A DNA stretch of 64,000 bases from Actinomycetota bacterium (lineage in GTDB: Bacteria > Actinomycetota > Acidimicrobiia > IMCC26256 > VFJJ01), in the NCBI GenBank assembly GCA_009886115.1, contig VFJJ01000017.1:642-64641 (forward strand). Reading direction: 5' to 3'. Under the pieces are notes generated by a model. The model was not told where the DNA came from, ran no database searches, and saw only the letters and a program-made list of their open reading frames with translations. A program made the translations under genes and the position numbers. Positions 29,257 through 38,207 of this stretch are shown here, piece after piece; positions within the stretch are counted from its first letter, which is position 1, and every line of letters begins with the position of its first letter.

Positions 29257-30414
29257 ATGTCGACTCCTGAGCACCGCGGACCGCTGTCGCACCTCAAGGT
29301 GCTCGATCTCTCGCGCATGTATCCCGGCGCGTTCTGCACCCTGTTACTGTCCGATCTTGGAGCCGACGTGCTCAAGGTCGAGGGGCCGGGGGCCGGCGAC
29401 GGGATGCGGTTCATGACGGCCGACCCGTTCAAGGCCGCCCACGTGGCGTTGAACCGCGGGAAGCGCTCGATCACCCTCGACCTCCGCAACCCCAAGGCCC
29501 CCGAGGTGTTGCGCCGTCTCGTCGCCCATGTCGACGTGGTCGTCGAGTCGCACCGTCCCGGAGCGCTCGACAAGCTCGGGATCGGGTACGAGCAACTCCG
29601 CGAGGTGAACCCCAGGCTCATCTGGTGCTCGCTCACGGGTTTCGGACCCGACGGCCCCCACGCCCACGCGCCGGGCCACGACATCACCTATCTCGGGTAT
29701 TCGGGGCTGCTCAGCCTGCTCGGCGGGGGCCGAGGAAAGCCGCCGATCCCCGACATCGTCGTCGCGGTTCCGTTGGGTGGGGTGTTGGGCGCGGTGGGGA
29801 TCCTCGCCGCCGTGGTCGGTCGCGAGCGCACCGGCACCGGCACCAGGGTCGACGCCAGCCTCGTCGACGGGGCCATGTGGCTGATCTCCGAGGACATCGC
29901 CCGCGCTGCGACGTCGCCCGGTCCGGGCTGGGGAACGTTCGCTGCCCGCGAGATCTATCGCTGTGCCGACGGCCTGATGGTGACCGTGGCGGCGTCTGAG
30001 GCCAAGCCCTGGGCGCTGCTGTGCGAAGCGCTGCGACTGCCCGATCTGGTGGCCCACGTCCACGGCGTCGACGAGGAAGCCACCACGGCCCGACTGGCCG
30101 AGGCGTTCGCTGCGCAGCCCGCGGCGCATTGGGTCGTGACCCCGGGCCTGGCCGGCGGCGTGGGCCCCATCAACGGGCCGGCCGACCTGGTCGACGACCC
30201 CCACGTCGTTGCCCGCCAAGGCCTCGTGAACATCGAGGGCACCACGACCCCGGTGCTGGCGAGCCCACTGCGCTTCGACGGCGCCTCGGCGGCCGAGTCG
30301 TCGCACGGCCTGCGACCCGCTCCCGGCCTGGGTGAGCAGACCGAGGCTGCCCTCGCCGCAGCAGGCTTCAGCGCCGAGGAGATTGCCGCCCTGCGCGCCG
30401 ACGGCGTCGTCTGA
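29257..30414 (+). CDS. CaiB/BaiF family (AMACR-like) protein
   Basis: LSDLGADVLKVE, NRGKRSITLDL, GHDITY. Confidence 0.9.
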   Translation: MSTPEHRGPLSHLKVLDLSRMYPGAFCTLLLSDLGADVLKVEGPGAGDGMRFMTADPFKAAHVALNRGKRSITLDLRNPKAPEVLRRLVAHVDVVVESHRPGALDKLGIGYEQLREVNPRLIWCSLTGFGPDGPHAHAPGHDITYLGYSGLLSLLGGGRGKPPIPDIVVAVPLGGVLGAVGILAAVVGRERTGTGTRVDASLVDGAMWLISEDIARAATSPGPGWGTFAAREIYRCADGLMVTVAASEAKPWALLCEALRLPDLVAHVHGVDEEATTARLAEAFAAQPAAHWVVTPGLAGGVGPINGPADLVDDPHVVARQGLVNIEGTTTPVLASPLRFDGASAAESSHGLRPAPGLGEQTEAALAAAGFSAEEIAALRADGVV

Positions 30415-30425
30415 TCAACCCCTCC

Positions 30426-30476
30426 CGTTCTTTGTGTCCCCGACCGTTCTGGGCGCGGTCTCAGCCACAAAGAACG
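30426..30476. terminator. Hairpin between convergent genes
   Basis: cgttctttgtg...cacaaagaacg (11-bp arms) with inner gaccg/cggtc. Confidence 0.6.
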
Positions 30477-30519
30477 CCGGAGGGTGCCAGAACTCCATGG
30501 TGCGACTCCTCGTGAGGTG

Positions 30520-30903
30520 TTATCGGCGTTCGACGAGCTCGACCGCGTTGCCGTCGGGATCTTCGACGACGGCGACGCGCAGGCCGGGCCGGAGCTCGGT
30601 GACGGGCATCTGCCAGGTGCACTCGTGGCAACGATCGGCGATGCCGTCGATGTCGTCGACGTCGAACGTGATCCAACGGATGCCGGTCGCAGCCGTGAAC
30701 GGCCCGGGCGGTGACTGCTCGGCTGGTGGGCGCGAGCCTGCGGGGAGCTCCATGATCTTGAAGACGCCGCCACCGCCGGCGTCGAACATGTGCAGCACCC
30801 GGCCCTCGATGACGGGCAGCGCGCCCGTGTACGGGAGGCCGATGCGGTCACGGTAGAAGCTGATGGAGAGCTCCAGCTCGTTGGGAACGATCCCGACCTG
30901 CAT
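30520..30903 (-). CDS. VOC/glyoxalase family protein
   Basis: FYRDRIGL, DPDGNAVELVE. Confidence 0.88.
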   Translation of the reverse strand: MQVGIVPNELELSISFYRDRIGLPYTGALPVIEGRVLHMFDAGGGGVFKIMELPAGSRPPAEQSPPGPFTAATGIRWITFDVDDIDGIADRCHECTWQMPVTELRPGLRVAVVEDPDGNAVELVERR

Positions 30904-30906
30904 CGG

Positions 30907-32592
30907 TCACCCTCTTCGTGGCTGCGGGTCGGGTGCGGCGGCTGATCGGGGGCTGGGGGACGGGCCCTCGAACAGCGCCCGCACGGCGGGCTGGCTGATC
31001 TTCATCGACGGTGTCCGGGGCAGGCTCTCGACGAGCAGGAACCGTACCGGGATCTGGTAGGCGCTGAGACGCTCCCTCAGGAACGCCTCGAGGTCGGCCG
31101 GGGTGGGAGGCGGAGTTGCGGGGACGGCCTCCCACGCGGCAACCGGTACCTGACCGAGGCGCTCGTCGTCGAGGCCGATCACGCAGGAGTCGCTCACCCC
31201 GGGATGCTCGTTCAAAGCGGCGCGGACGGCGTCGGTGGACACCTTGAGCCCACCGCGGATCACGACATCATCGGCTCGGCCTCGTAGCCAGAGGAAGCCG
31301 TCGGCGTCGAGGATGCCCTGGTCGGTGGTGCGCACCCACTGTCCGCCGGGGAGTTGCGGACCGCGAACCTCCAGCAACCCCAGGGTTCCGGGCGCCAGTG
31401 CCGCACCGGTCTCGGGGTCGACGATCCGAAGCTCGATCCCGGCGTTGGCCGTGCCCACGCTGCCGCGCTTGGCGTCGCCGAAGCGCTCCCAGTCGCGCAG
31501 CGTCCATCCGGTGACGCCACCGGCGAATTCGGTGGCGCCGTACACCACGAGCACCGGAACCCCGTAGCGCTCGAGGAACGCGTCGGCCAGGGCCGGGTCG
31601 AGGGGAGACGTTCCCACGAAGCAGGCCTTCACGCCCTCGAACGTGGAGCGCGGGAGATCGGCGTCGTACACCATCCGCAGCGCCGTGGGCACCAGGCTGA
31701 TGGCCTTGGAGTGGTGCTCGGCCACGATCCGGCTCCAGGCGGTCACCTCGAACCGTTCGAGGAGGCTGATCGCCCGGCCTTCCAGCGTGGCCTGGATGGT
31801 GGCCCGCACGCCCGAGATGTGCAGGAGCGGGCTCCACACGATCGCCACGCCACTGCTCAGGCGTACCTCGGGGAGAGCATCGTCGCCGGCGTCGGCGCCG
31901 CCCGGAGCCGCGACGGCGTTGCCGCCCTGGCCGCCCTGGCCCGCGTTGCCGGCGTTGCCGGCGTTGCCGGCGTTGCCGGCGTAGTGCCTCACGCTCGCCA
32001 TCTCGGCACCGATGCTCTCGTAGAGCAGGGGCACGCGCTTGGGGGTGCCCGTCGTTCCGCTGGTGAGCATCTGGACCGCCACGCCGGCGGTCGCCATGTC
32101 GCCCGAGCCCCCCGAGCCTCCGGGGCCTCCCGGAGTTGCTCCGGGGTTCGGGGCGAGCACCTGCTCGTAGGCGCGCTCGTCATCGTCGGTCGCGGCCAGG
32201 AGGACGGCCCCACGAGCCTCCACCGCCGTACGGACGTGCGCGTCGGCGGCGTCGGCCTCGCTCGCGATGACCGCGCCCAGACCGAGGCCCTCGATCTCGG
32301 CGCCCAATGCCGCCTTGGGAATCAGGGCGCTGAGCGTCACGATGCAGCGGCCGGTGGCGAGCAGCGCGATGACCGTCCGCACGATCTCGGGACGGTTGCG
32401 CATCACCACACCGACGGGCGCTCCGGCGCCGATGCCGTGGCCCAGCAGGATCGCGTCGAGCTGCTCGACCGCCGCCGTGTAGTAGCGCCATGGCCGCCAG
32501 CGCCCGTCGAACTGCAGCGCACGGGCATCGGGATCGAGGGCCAGCACCGCCCGCACACGTTGCGGGATGTCGATGATCTCGGTCACGTTCAC
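30907..32592 (-). CDS. Acyl-CoA synthetase (AMP-binding)
   Basis: TSGTTGTPK, YGATE, GRADD, LPRTPSMK; start approximate (GTG 32592/32586). Confidence 0.9.
   Translation of the reverse strand: MNVTEIIDIPQRVRAVLALDPDARALQFDGRWRPWRYYTAAVEQLDAILLGHGIGAGAPVGVVMRNRPEIVRTVIALLATGRCIVTLSALIPKAALGAEIEGLGLGAVIASEADAADAHVRTAVEARGAVLLAATDDDERAYEQVLAPNPGATPGGPGGSGGSGDMATAGVAVQMLTSGTTGTPKRVPLLYESIGAEMASVRHYAGNAGNAGNAGNAGQGGQGGNAVAAPGGADAGDDALPEVRLSSGVAIVWSPLLHISGVRATIQATLEGRAISLLERFEVTAWSRIVAEHHSKAISLVPTALRMVYDADLPRSTFEGVKACFVGTSPLDPALADAFLERYGVPVLVVYGATEFAGGVTGWTLRDWERFGDAKRGSVGTANAGIELRIVDPETGAALAPGTLGLLEVRGPQLPGGQWVRTTDQGILDADGFLWLRGRADDVVIRGGLKVSTDAVRAALNEHPGVSDSCVIGLDDERLGQVPVAAWEAVPATPPPTPADLEAFLRERLSAYQIPVRFLLVESLPRTPSMKISQPAVRALFEGPSPSPRSAAAPDPQPRRG
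31921..31983. repeat. 9-bp tandem repeat (gccggcgtt / gccgccctg) encoding a Gly-Asn-Ala/Gly-Gln-Gly insert
   Basis: 7 units read directly. Confidence 0.85.
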
Positions 32593-32756
32593 CTCGCTGT
32601 CGGCCCGGTGGGAATCTAACGTCCAGGCTGTTTCCACGCCCCACGCCGGCATCGGTGGGGCGGCCCTGGAGGAGCCGCCGTGGAGCTCGTACTGGGATAC
32701 CCGGAGCCGATCGGACCCGAGCCGATTTCTTCGCGCCCGGACCCCGCGTGCGCGAC

Positions 32757-34226
32757 TCAGGCGGAGGCGTACGCGCCGGCGTCGGGGCGTTGGGTGCGCC
32801 GTCGGAACTCGCTCATCGTGTGGGGCCACTGGGTCACGATCCGCCCCGAGGCAGCGCGGTAGTAGCCGTTGCACCCGGCCTGCCAGACGGCGACGCCGTC
32901 GAGGTCGTGCTGGAGCTCGGTGTTGTAACGCTCCATGACGTCGGGACGCACGTCGATCCAGGCCAGGTCGTCGGCGTCCATGCGCCGGAGCTGCCTCACC
33001 ATGTAGGCCACCTGGTGCTCGATCATGGTGATGATCGATCCGTTGTTGGTGTTGGGGCCGTAGAGGATGAAGAGGTTCGGGAACCCGGCGGTGGTGATGC
33101 CGAGATACGCCTGCGCGCCGTCGGCCCAGGCATCGTCGATCGTGACGCCGCCGCGTCCGGTCACCGCGATGGCCGAGAGGTAGCGGTCGGTGGCGAAGCC
33201 GGTCGCCAGCACGACGGTGTCGACCGGTCGGCTGCGCCCGTCGACGGTCTCGATCGAGTCGGTGGTGATGGCCGAGACCCCGTCGGTGACCAGCTCGACG
33301 TTGGGACGGTTGAAGGTGGGGTAGTACTCGTTGGAGATGAGGGGACGCTTGCAGCCGTAGGGCTCCGTGGGTGTGAGCTTGCGGCGAAGCTCGGGATCTT
33401 CGACCAGGGCGATGTTCTGACGTCCGAACTGCTCGGCCATCTGCAACGCCTGCGGGTTCGAGAACGTGATCACGCCTTCGATCATGCGAAAGACCTGCCA
33501 CCGATGTTGGGCGACCGCGACTGGATCGGTGACGAACCGCTCGACTTCCTCGGTCGTGTAGGGCGTGTCGGCCTTGGGGAGCACCCAATTGGCGGTCCGT
33601 TGGAAGAGATGGACCTGCCCGGCCTGCTTGGCGATCTCGGGCACGAACTGCACGGCACTGGCGGCGCTGCCGATCACCCCGACCGTCTCGCCGGTGAGGT
33701 CGTGGTCGTGGTTCCACCGAGCCGAGTGGAAGATCGTGCCGGCGAAATCGGCGAGCCCCGGAATCTCGGGGACGTGCAGATCGTTGAACATCCCGATGCC
33801 GCTCACCACGATGTCGGCCTCGACGCGCTCACCGCCGTCGGTGACGAGCACCCAGTGTGAGCGATCGTCGTCCCACGTGGCCGACGTGACACCCGTTCCC
33901 AGCCGAAGGTGAGGTTCGAGCTCGTAGGCCGCGACGCAGTGCTCGAGATAGGCCTTGATCTCGGGCTGGGTGGCGTAGGGGCGGGTCCAGTCGCGCTTTT
34001 GCTCGAACGAGAACGAGTACAGGTGCGACTGCACGTCGCACGCCGCGCCGGGATACCGGTTGTGGTACCAGGTGCCGCCGACACCCGCCGCCCGCTCGAA
34101 GATCGCGACGTTCGAGAAGCCGGCGTTCTTGAGCCGGATCGCGGCGCACAGTCCGCCAGGACCGGCCCCGATGATCGCGATGCTCCGGCTCCGAGCCCCG
34201 TTCGCCGCCGACCCGTTGGCGCTCAT
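32757..34226 (-). CDS. Baeyer-Villiger-type flavin monooxygenase
   Basis: GAGPGG, GGTWYHNRYPGAACD, FAGTIFHSARW fingerprint, ATGF. Confidence 0.93.
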   Translation of the reverse strand: MSANGSAANGARSRSIAIIGAGPGGLCAAIRLKNAGFSNVAIFERAAGVGGTWYHNRYPGAACDVQSHLYSFSFEQKRDWTRPYATQPEIKAYLEHCVAAYELEPHLRLGTGVTSATWDDDRSHWVLVTDGGERVEADIVVSGIGMFNDLHVPEIPGLADFAGTIFHSARWNHDHDLTGETVGVIGSAASAVQFVPEIAKQAGQVHLFQRTANWVLPKADTPYTTEEVERFVTDPVAVAQHRWQVFRMIEGVITFSNPQALQMAEQFGRQNIALVEDPELRRKLTPTEPYGCKRPLISNEYYPTFNRPNVELVTDGVSAITTDSIETVDGRSRPVDTVVLATGFATDRYLSAIAVTGRGGVTIDDAWADGAQAYLGITTAGFPNLFILYGPNTNNGSIITMIEHQVAYMVRQLRRMDADDLAWIDVRPDVMERYNTELQHDLDGVAVWQAGCNGYYRAASGRIVTQWPHTMSEFRRRTQRPDAGAYASA

Positions 34227-34231
34227 GGCGC

Positions 34232-35239
34232 TCAGCCGCCGAGCACTGCTGCGGCGAACGCCCGCATCTCCCGGGCCATGTCGGGGCCGCCTGGCGTGTA
34301 CATGATCTCGGTGGCGCCGGCAGCCGCGGCCGACTCGGCCCGGCCTCGCACGTCGGCGGCCGAGCCCACCCAACCCACGGTGGCCAGGGCCGCGCCCGCG
34401 GCGTCGAGCACGGCCCGGTCGCGGTCCATGACGTCGGTGACGTGACCCTCGTGCACGGCCAGGTGCCGTTCGCCGTCGGGTCGTTCCGCCTCCACGCCCG
34501 CTTGCCACTCTGACCCGAGGGGGAAGTTCGCCAGCGCGTCGGGGAAGGCCTGCCACACGCCGTGGTAACGCACCACGTACCAGGGCCCCAGGGCATCCTT
34601 GACCCGGGCGTCGCCGAGGGTCTCGCCGTCGTCGAGCACGGTCCCGGCGGTCATCTGGACGTGCCAGTCGAAGCCCCCGTTGTCGGCCGATGCGCCCATC
34701 GACATGAGCCCGTCGACGACCGAGGCCTCGTTCAGCTCTCTGGTGATCGCCGTTCCCTTGGCGCCCAAGGCCGACAGGAGCAGCGGCGTCTCGATCGGAC
34801 GGGCCAGCGCCCAACGGGGATGGTGGATCATCTGGCACCGCTCGCCGTCGATCTCGACCACGTCTCCTCGCAGCAAGCCTCGGAGTTGCTCCATGTAGCG
34901 CCGGGTCGCCGCCCACGACACGGCCTTCTTGTTCAGCACCCAACGCGCCGTGGCGCCGGTCCCGAATGCGCACGCCAGACGCCCGGGCGCGAGACGCTCG
35001 ATCGTGGCGATCGCCGAGGCCGTCGTCATCACGTGGCGCAGGTTGGGGACGAGCACGGCCGTGCCGATGGGGATGGCCGTCTGCTCGGCCACCCGAGCCA
35101 GGGTGATCCAGATGTCCTCGTACAAGGCGGCCGAGTCGTAGAACCAGATCCGCTCGTACCCAGCCGACTCGGCCACACGGGCCATCTCGACCGAGTCCGG
35201 TCCCGGCGGCATGCCCACACTGATCTTCACCTTGGTCAT
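34232..35239 (-). CDS. LLM-class flavin/F420-dependent oxidoreductase (Mer-like)
   Basis: AESAGYERIWFYDS, GTAVLVP.LRH, APGRL...FGTG. Confidence 0.88.
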   Translation of the reverse strand: MTKVKISVGMPPGPDSVEMARVAESAGYERIWFYDSAALYEDIWITLARVAEQTAIPIGTAVLVPNLRHVMTTASAIATIERLAPGRLACAFGTGATARWVLNKKAVSWAATRRYMEQLRGLLRGDVVEIDGERCQMIHHPRWALARPIETPLLLSALGAKGTAITRELNEASVVDGLMSMGASADNGGFDWHVQMTAGTVLDDGETLGDARVKDALGPWYVVRYHGVWQAFPDALANFPLGSEWQAGVEAERPDGERHLAVHEGHVTDVMDRDRAVLDAAGAALATVGWVGSAADVRGRAESAAAAGATEIMYTPGGPDMAREMRAFAAAVLGG

Positions 35240-35306
35240 GCGCTGCACCCTCTCACACTGCCCCGCCCCGCCGCCGCTTCGCGCAGCGTGTCGACGCCGG
35301 TTCAGT

Positions 35307-36653
35307 TCACCCGCCGGCCAGGAGGGCGGCCAGCTCCTTGGCCTCGGCCTCGGTGAAGGACCCGCCGATGCTGACCTCACCACCCAGGATGGGCGAGGTG
35401 ATCACGGGCGCGCTCAGCACCGATCCGTCGACGACGATGGCCAGCTGCTGGCCGATGTGCTCGGCGGTGTACGTGGCGAACATGGCCTGGTCGGCCTCGT
35501 TTAACTCGATGAGGATCTCCCAGCCGTTGTCGAATCCGTTGTCGTGGGCGACGGCACTCGAGAGATCGGGTTGATCGAGGACGCTCGCGCCGAGCACGAA
35601 CCAGGTCGCGCCATCAGCAGCTGGCAGCAGGAGATACCCCGCGACCTCGTCGGGGCGCGCACCCTGGTCGGCGATCTGCTCGACCACGGGCCGGAGTTGG
35701 AACCCCGCATCCACAGTCGTGTCGATCGTCGATCCGGTTGAGGCCGGAATGGTGGGTACGACGCCCGGCGCGACGCCCGACGGGGCGCCGTCGGTGGGGC
35801 TCACGAAGTTGCCCTGGAGCACGGCAGCAGCTCCGGGCGGAACATCCAGCGCGACGTCGTCAGGCACGAAGGCGATGGTGACGACGTCGTTGTCGTTGGG
35901 GACGTACGTCGCCAGATCCCCTTCCTGCTCGACGGGGCCCTGCGTGTAGTCCCCGAGCGCCGGGTCGTATCGGGCGACGGCCCAGCGGAGGGCTCCCTCG
36001 CGGCCACCAAGGTTGGGACAGGCGTCACCGTCGACGAACGTCGCGGCATCGACGGACGTCTCGCTGGGATCGTCGTCGGCGGGGCCCAACACCACGAGAC
36101 CCGTTCCCGATACGGTGATCCGGTCGGGATCGAGCTCGTAGCGAAGGGTGGGTTCCTCGGACACCCCGACAGGCTGCTCGACGGGCGGGGGGTCGAGGAG
36201 ATGCTCGACGGTCGCGTTCTCGAACGAGCCCGCCTCGGTGTACGGATGGATGTGGAACAAACCGTCGCCGTGGCTGTGGAGACCGACGGTGCTCTCGTAC
36301 GCGGGAACGACCGGTTGCCAGATGCCGCAGAGGTTGACCCCGTAGGCAGCGTGCCAATGGTCCCCGTCCTCGAAGCTCGGACCGACCAGACCGGTGGGTG
36401 TGCCGTAGGTGACAGGGCTGTCGCTGCTGTCTTCGCTTGTGCTGTCGTCCCTGCTGCTGTCGTAGCTCGCGGCGATGCCGATGCCGATGGCGGTGCCGGC
36501 GACGACGATCGCGACGACCGCGCCGATGAGGATCCGTTGCCTGACGGGCCGACGAGGCAGTCCGGGTCGGGCATCCGGCGGGAACGGGTCGAATCCCGAA
36601 TCGGCCGGTCCCGCCGGCGGAGGCGGTTCCGGCACCAGGCCCTCATCGTCCAC
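35307..36653 (-). CDS. Membrane-anchored protein: DHWH/HSH/HIH domain plus SecD P1-head-like domain
   Basis: N-terminal TM; GDHWHAAYG..C, HSHGDG.FHIHP; C-terminal QLAIVVDGSVLSAPVI...GGSFT..EAKELA. Confidence 0.75.
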   Translation of the reverse strand: MDDEGLVPEPPPPAGPADSGFDPFPPDARPGLPRRPVRQRILIGAVVAIVVAGTAIGIGIAASYDSSRDDSTSEDSSDSPVTYGTPTGLVGPSFEDGDHWHAAYGVNLCGIWQPVVPAYESTVGLHSHGDGLFHIHPYTEAGSFENATVEHLLDPPPVEQPVGVSEEPTLRYELDPDRITVSGTGLVVLGPADDDPSETSVDAATFVDGDACPNLGGREGALRWAVARYDPALGDYTQGPVEQEGDLATYVPNDNDVVTIAFVPDDVALDVPPGAAAVLQGNFVSPTDGAPSGVAPGVVPTIPASTGSTIDTTVDAGFQLRPVVEQIADQGARPDEVAGYLLLPAADGATWFVLGASVLDQPDLSSAVAHDNGFDNGWEILIELNEADQAMFATYTAEHIGQQLAIVVDGSVLSAPVITSPILGGEVSIGGSFTEAEAKELAALLAGG

Positions 36654-36786
36654 GACGCTCCTTCACTGGGAACCGTGTATCTGCTCACGCGGCGGCTTCG
36701 CCGACCCGGACTGCGCTGCGATGTGGGGAGAGTCTCGCATGGCAGGGAGCTGGGCCGTGACCGGGTCGAGTCGCACGTGCGGGGGG

Positions 36787-38001
36787 TCAGCACTGCCGTC
36801 TCGAGGTGAAGGTGCGGCCGGCGGGGCTGGTGGCTTCGTAGGTGGCGTCGGGGAGGATCTTGGCGGTCCAGCTTGGTTGATGGCGGAGCCAGTGGTGGCC
36901 GTGACAGAGCAGGCGCATGGCGGCGATGTCGGTGGTGCCACCGTCGATCCAGGCCGGTTCGTGGTGGGCCTGGCAGCGGCTGGCGGGGACGTCGCAGCCG
37001 GCGGGCCAGGCGCAGAAGCGGTCGCGGGCCACGAGCGCGTTCCACTGCTCGGGCGTGCAGGTGCGGGTTGCCCGCCCCTGGTCGAGGATCACCGACGAGC
37101 CGTCGGTGATGATCCGATGCACGTTGGCATCGCACAGGATCTGGCGGATGGCGGCTTCACCGAGCGGGAGCCCGTCGATGGTCTCGGCTCGACCGGCCTG
37201 GCCGAGGAGGAACGGGAGGTCGACGATGATGTTGACGTGGGGCCGGTTTCTCGGGGCCTTCTGAACGATCAGGCGATGATCGAGAAAGAACCGGCAGATG
37301 TGGGCGAGCGCCTCGGCGCGCCGTTGCGACATGAGGACGTGACGCTCGTCGTCGGGCACGGGCCCGGGAAGCTCGCCGATCGCCATGTCGAGCGCGGTGT
37401 CGACCAGGTTGCCGGTCTCGGGGTCGAGGTTGCCATCGACGCGCCACTGCCCGTCGAGATGCGACGAGAGGTGCAACGCCTGAGCGGGACCGTCGGGCTC
37501 GGCCGGGTCGTCGATCGTGCGCTTGGCCACCTGGGCCCAGCGGTGCATGAGCATCGTGACGTGGCGCACGCTGTAGCCGGAGATGGTGGGCACGAGCTCG
37601 GCTTCGTCGACTGCGTACACACCGGCCAAGGCCTCGTTGGCGCCGACCGTGTCGACGACCGCATTCACCTGACCGGCGGTGAGCCGACCGGCGTTCCACG
37701 CGGCTTCGGTGCACGGCCACTGACGCATGCGCCGGGCCGTGCGGACGGTTCGGGACGCCTCGGCCGAGTCGAGACGCACCCGGTTTCGAAGCCACGACGG
37801 GGCCGTGACCGCACCGTCGACGACGTAGCTGCACTCGGCGTCGAGCCGGCCGACCGCGCCGGTGAGGATCGCGCTGAGGTGGTCGCGGAGCGCGAAGCCA
37901 GCGGCGATCTTGTCGGGATCGGCGGTGGTCGCCAGCGCGCCCAGAAAACGCACACACTGCTCTCCGAGCTGCTCGACGGGAACCTCGGTCGACTCGAACA
38001 C
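36787..38001 (-). CDS. DUF222 + HNH endonuclease (13E12 repeat-type)
   Basis: QRRAEAL, RQILCDA, RDRFCAWPAGC...CQAHH..W.DGGTTD...LLCHGHH..H. Confidence 0.92.
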   Translation of the reverse strand: MFESTEVPVEQLGEQCVRFLGALATTADPDKIAAGFALRDHLSAILTGAVGRLDAECSYVVDGAVTAPSWLRNRVRLDSAEASRTVRTARRMRQWPCTEAAWNAGRLTAGQVNAVVDTVGANEALAGVYAVDEAELVPTISGYSVRHVTMLMHRWAQVAKRTIDDPAEPDGPAQALHLSSHLDGQWRVDGNLDPETGNLVDTALDMAIGELPGPVPDDERHVLMSQRRAEALAHICRFFLDHRLIVQKAPRNRPHVNIIVDLPFLLGQAGRAETIDGLPLGEAAIRQILCDANVHRIITDGSSVILDQGRATRTCTPEQWNALVARDRFCAWPAGCDVPASRCQAHHEPAWIDGGTTDIAAMRLLCHGHHWLRHQPSWTAKILPDATYEATSPAGRTFTSRRQC

Positions 38002-38009
38002 CAGTTCGT
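37994..38009. promoter_or_regulatory. LexA (SOS) box TCGAAC-ACCA-GTTCGT
   Basis: One mismatch to actinobacterial TCGAAC-N4-GTTCGA; overlaps the GTG start; TATCAT -10 on the minus strand at 38010-38015. Confidence 0.85.
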
Positions 38010-38207
38010 ATGATATCTCGAATCCCCAATGAACACAAGGGATTTAGCGAGATTTCCTGCCCTACCTTCAACATCTCTGGTGCCTCTCGGATCGGATACG
38101 CCGCCGAGCCCGGGCGACGGCCCGGCGCGGCGACCCGGCGCCACGGCCCGCGCGGCGGAGCGGCCCGAGAATCCGTCGCGCTCGACATCGTTGGTAGGTT
38201 CTCGCCG

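Noticed and set aside
30907-34973. 936-aa and 738-aa ORFs as large fusion proteins
   Set aside because: The extensions are off-frame overlaps of the upstream BVMO and LLM genes, typical of stop-poor high-GC DNA
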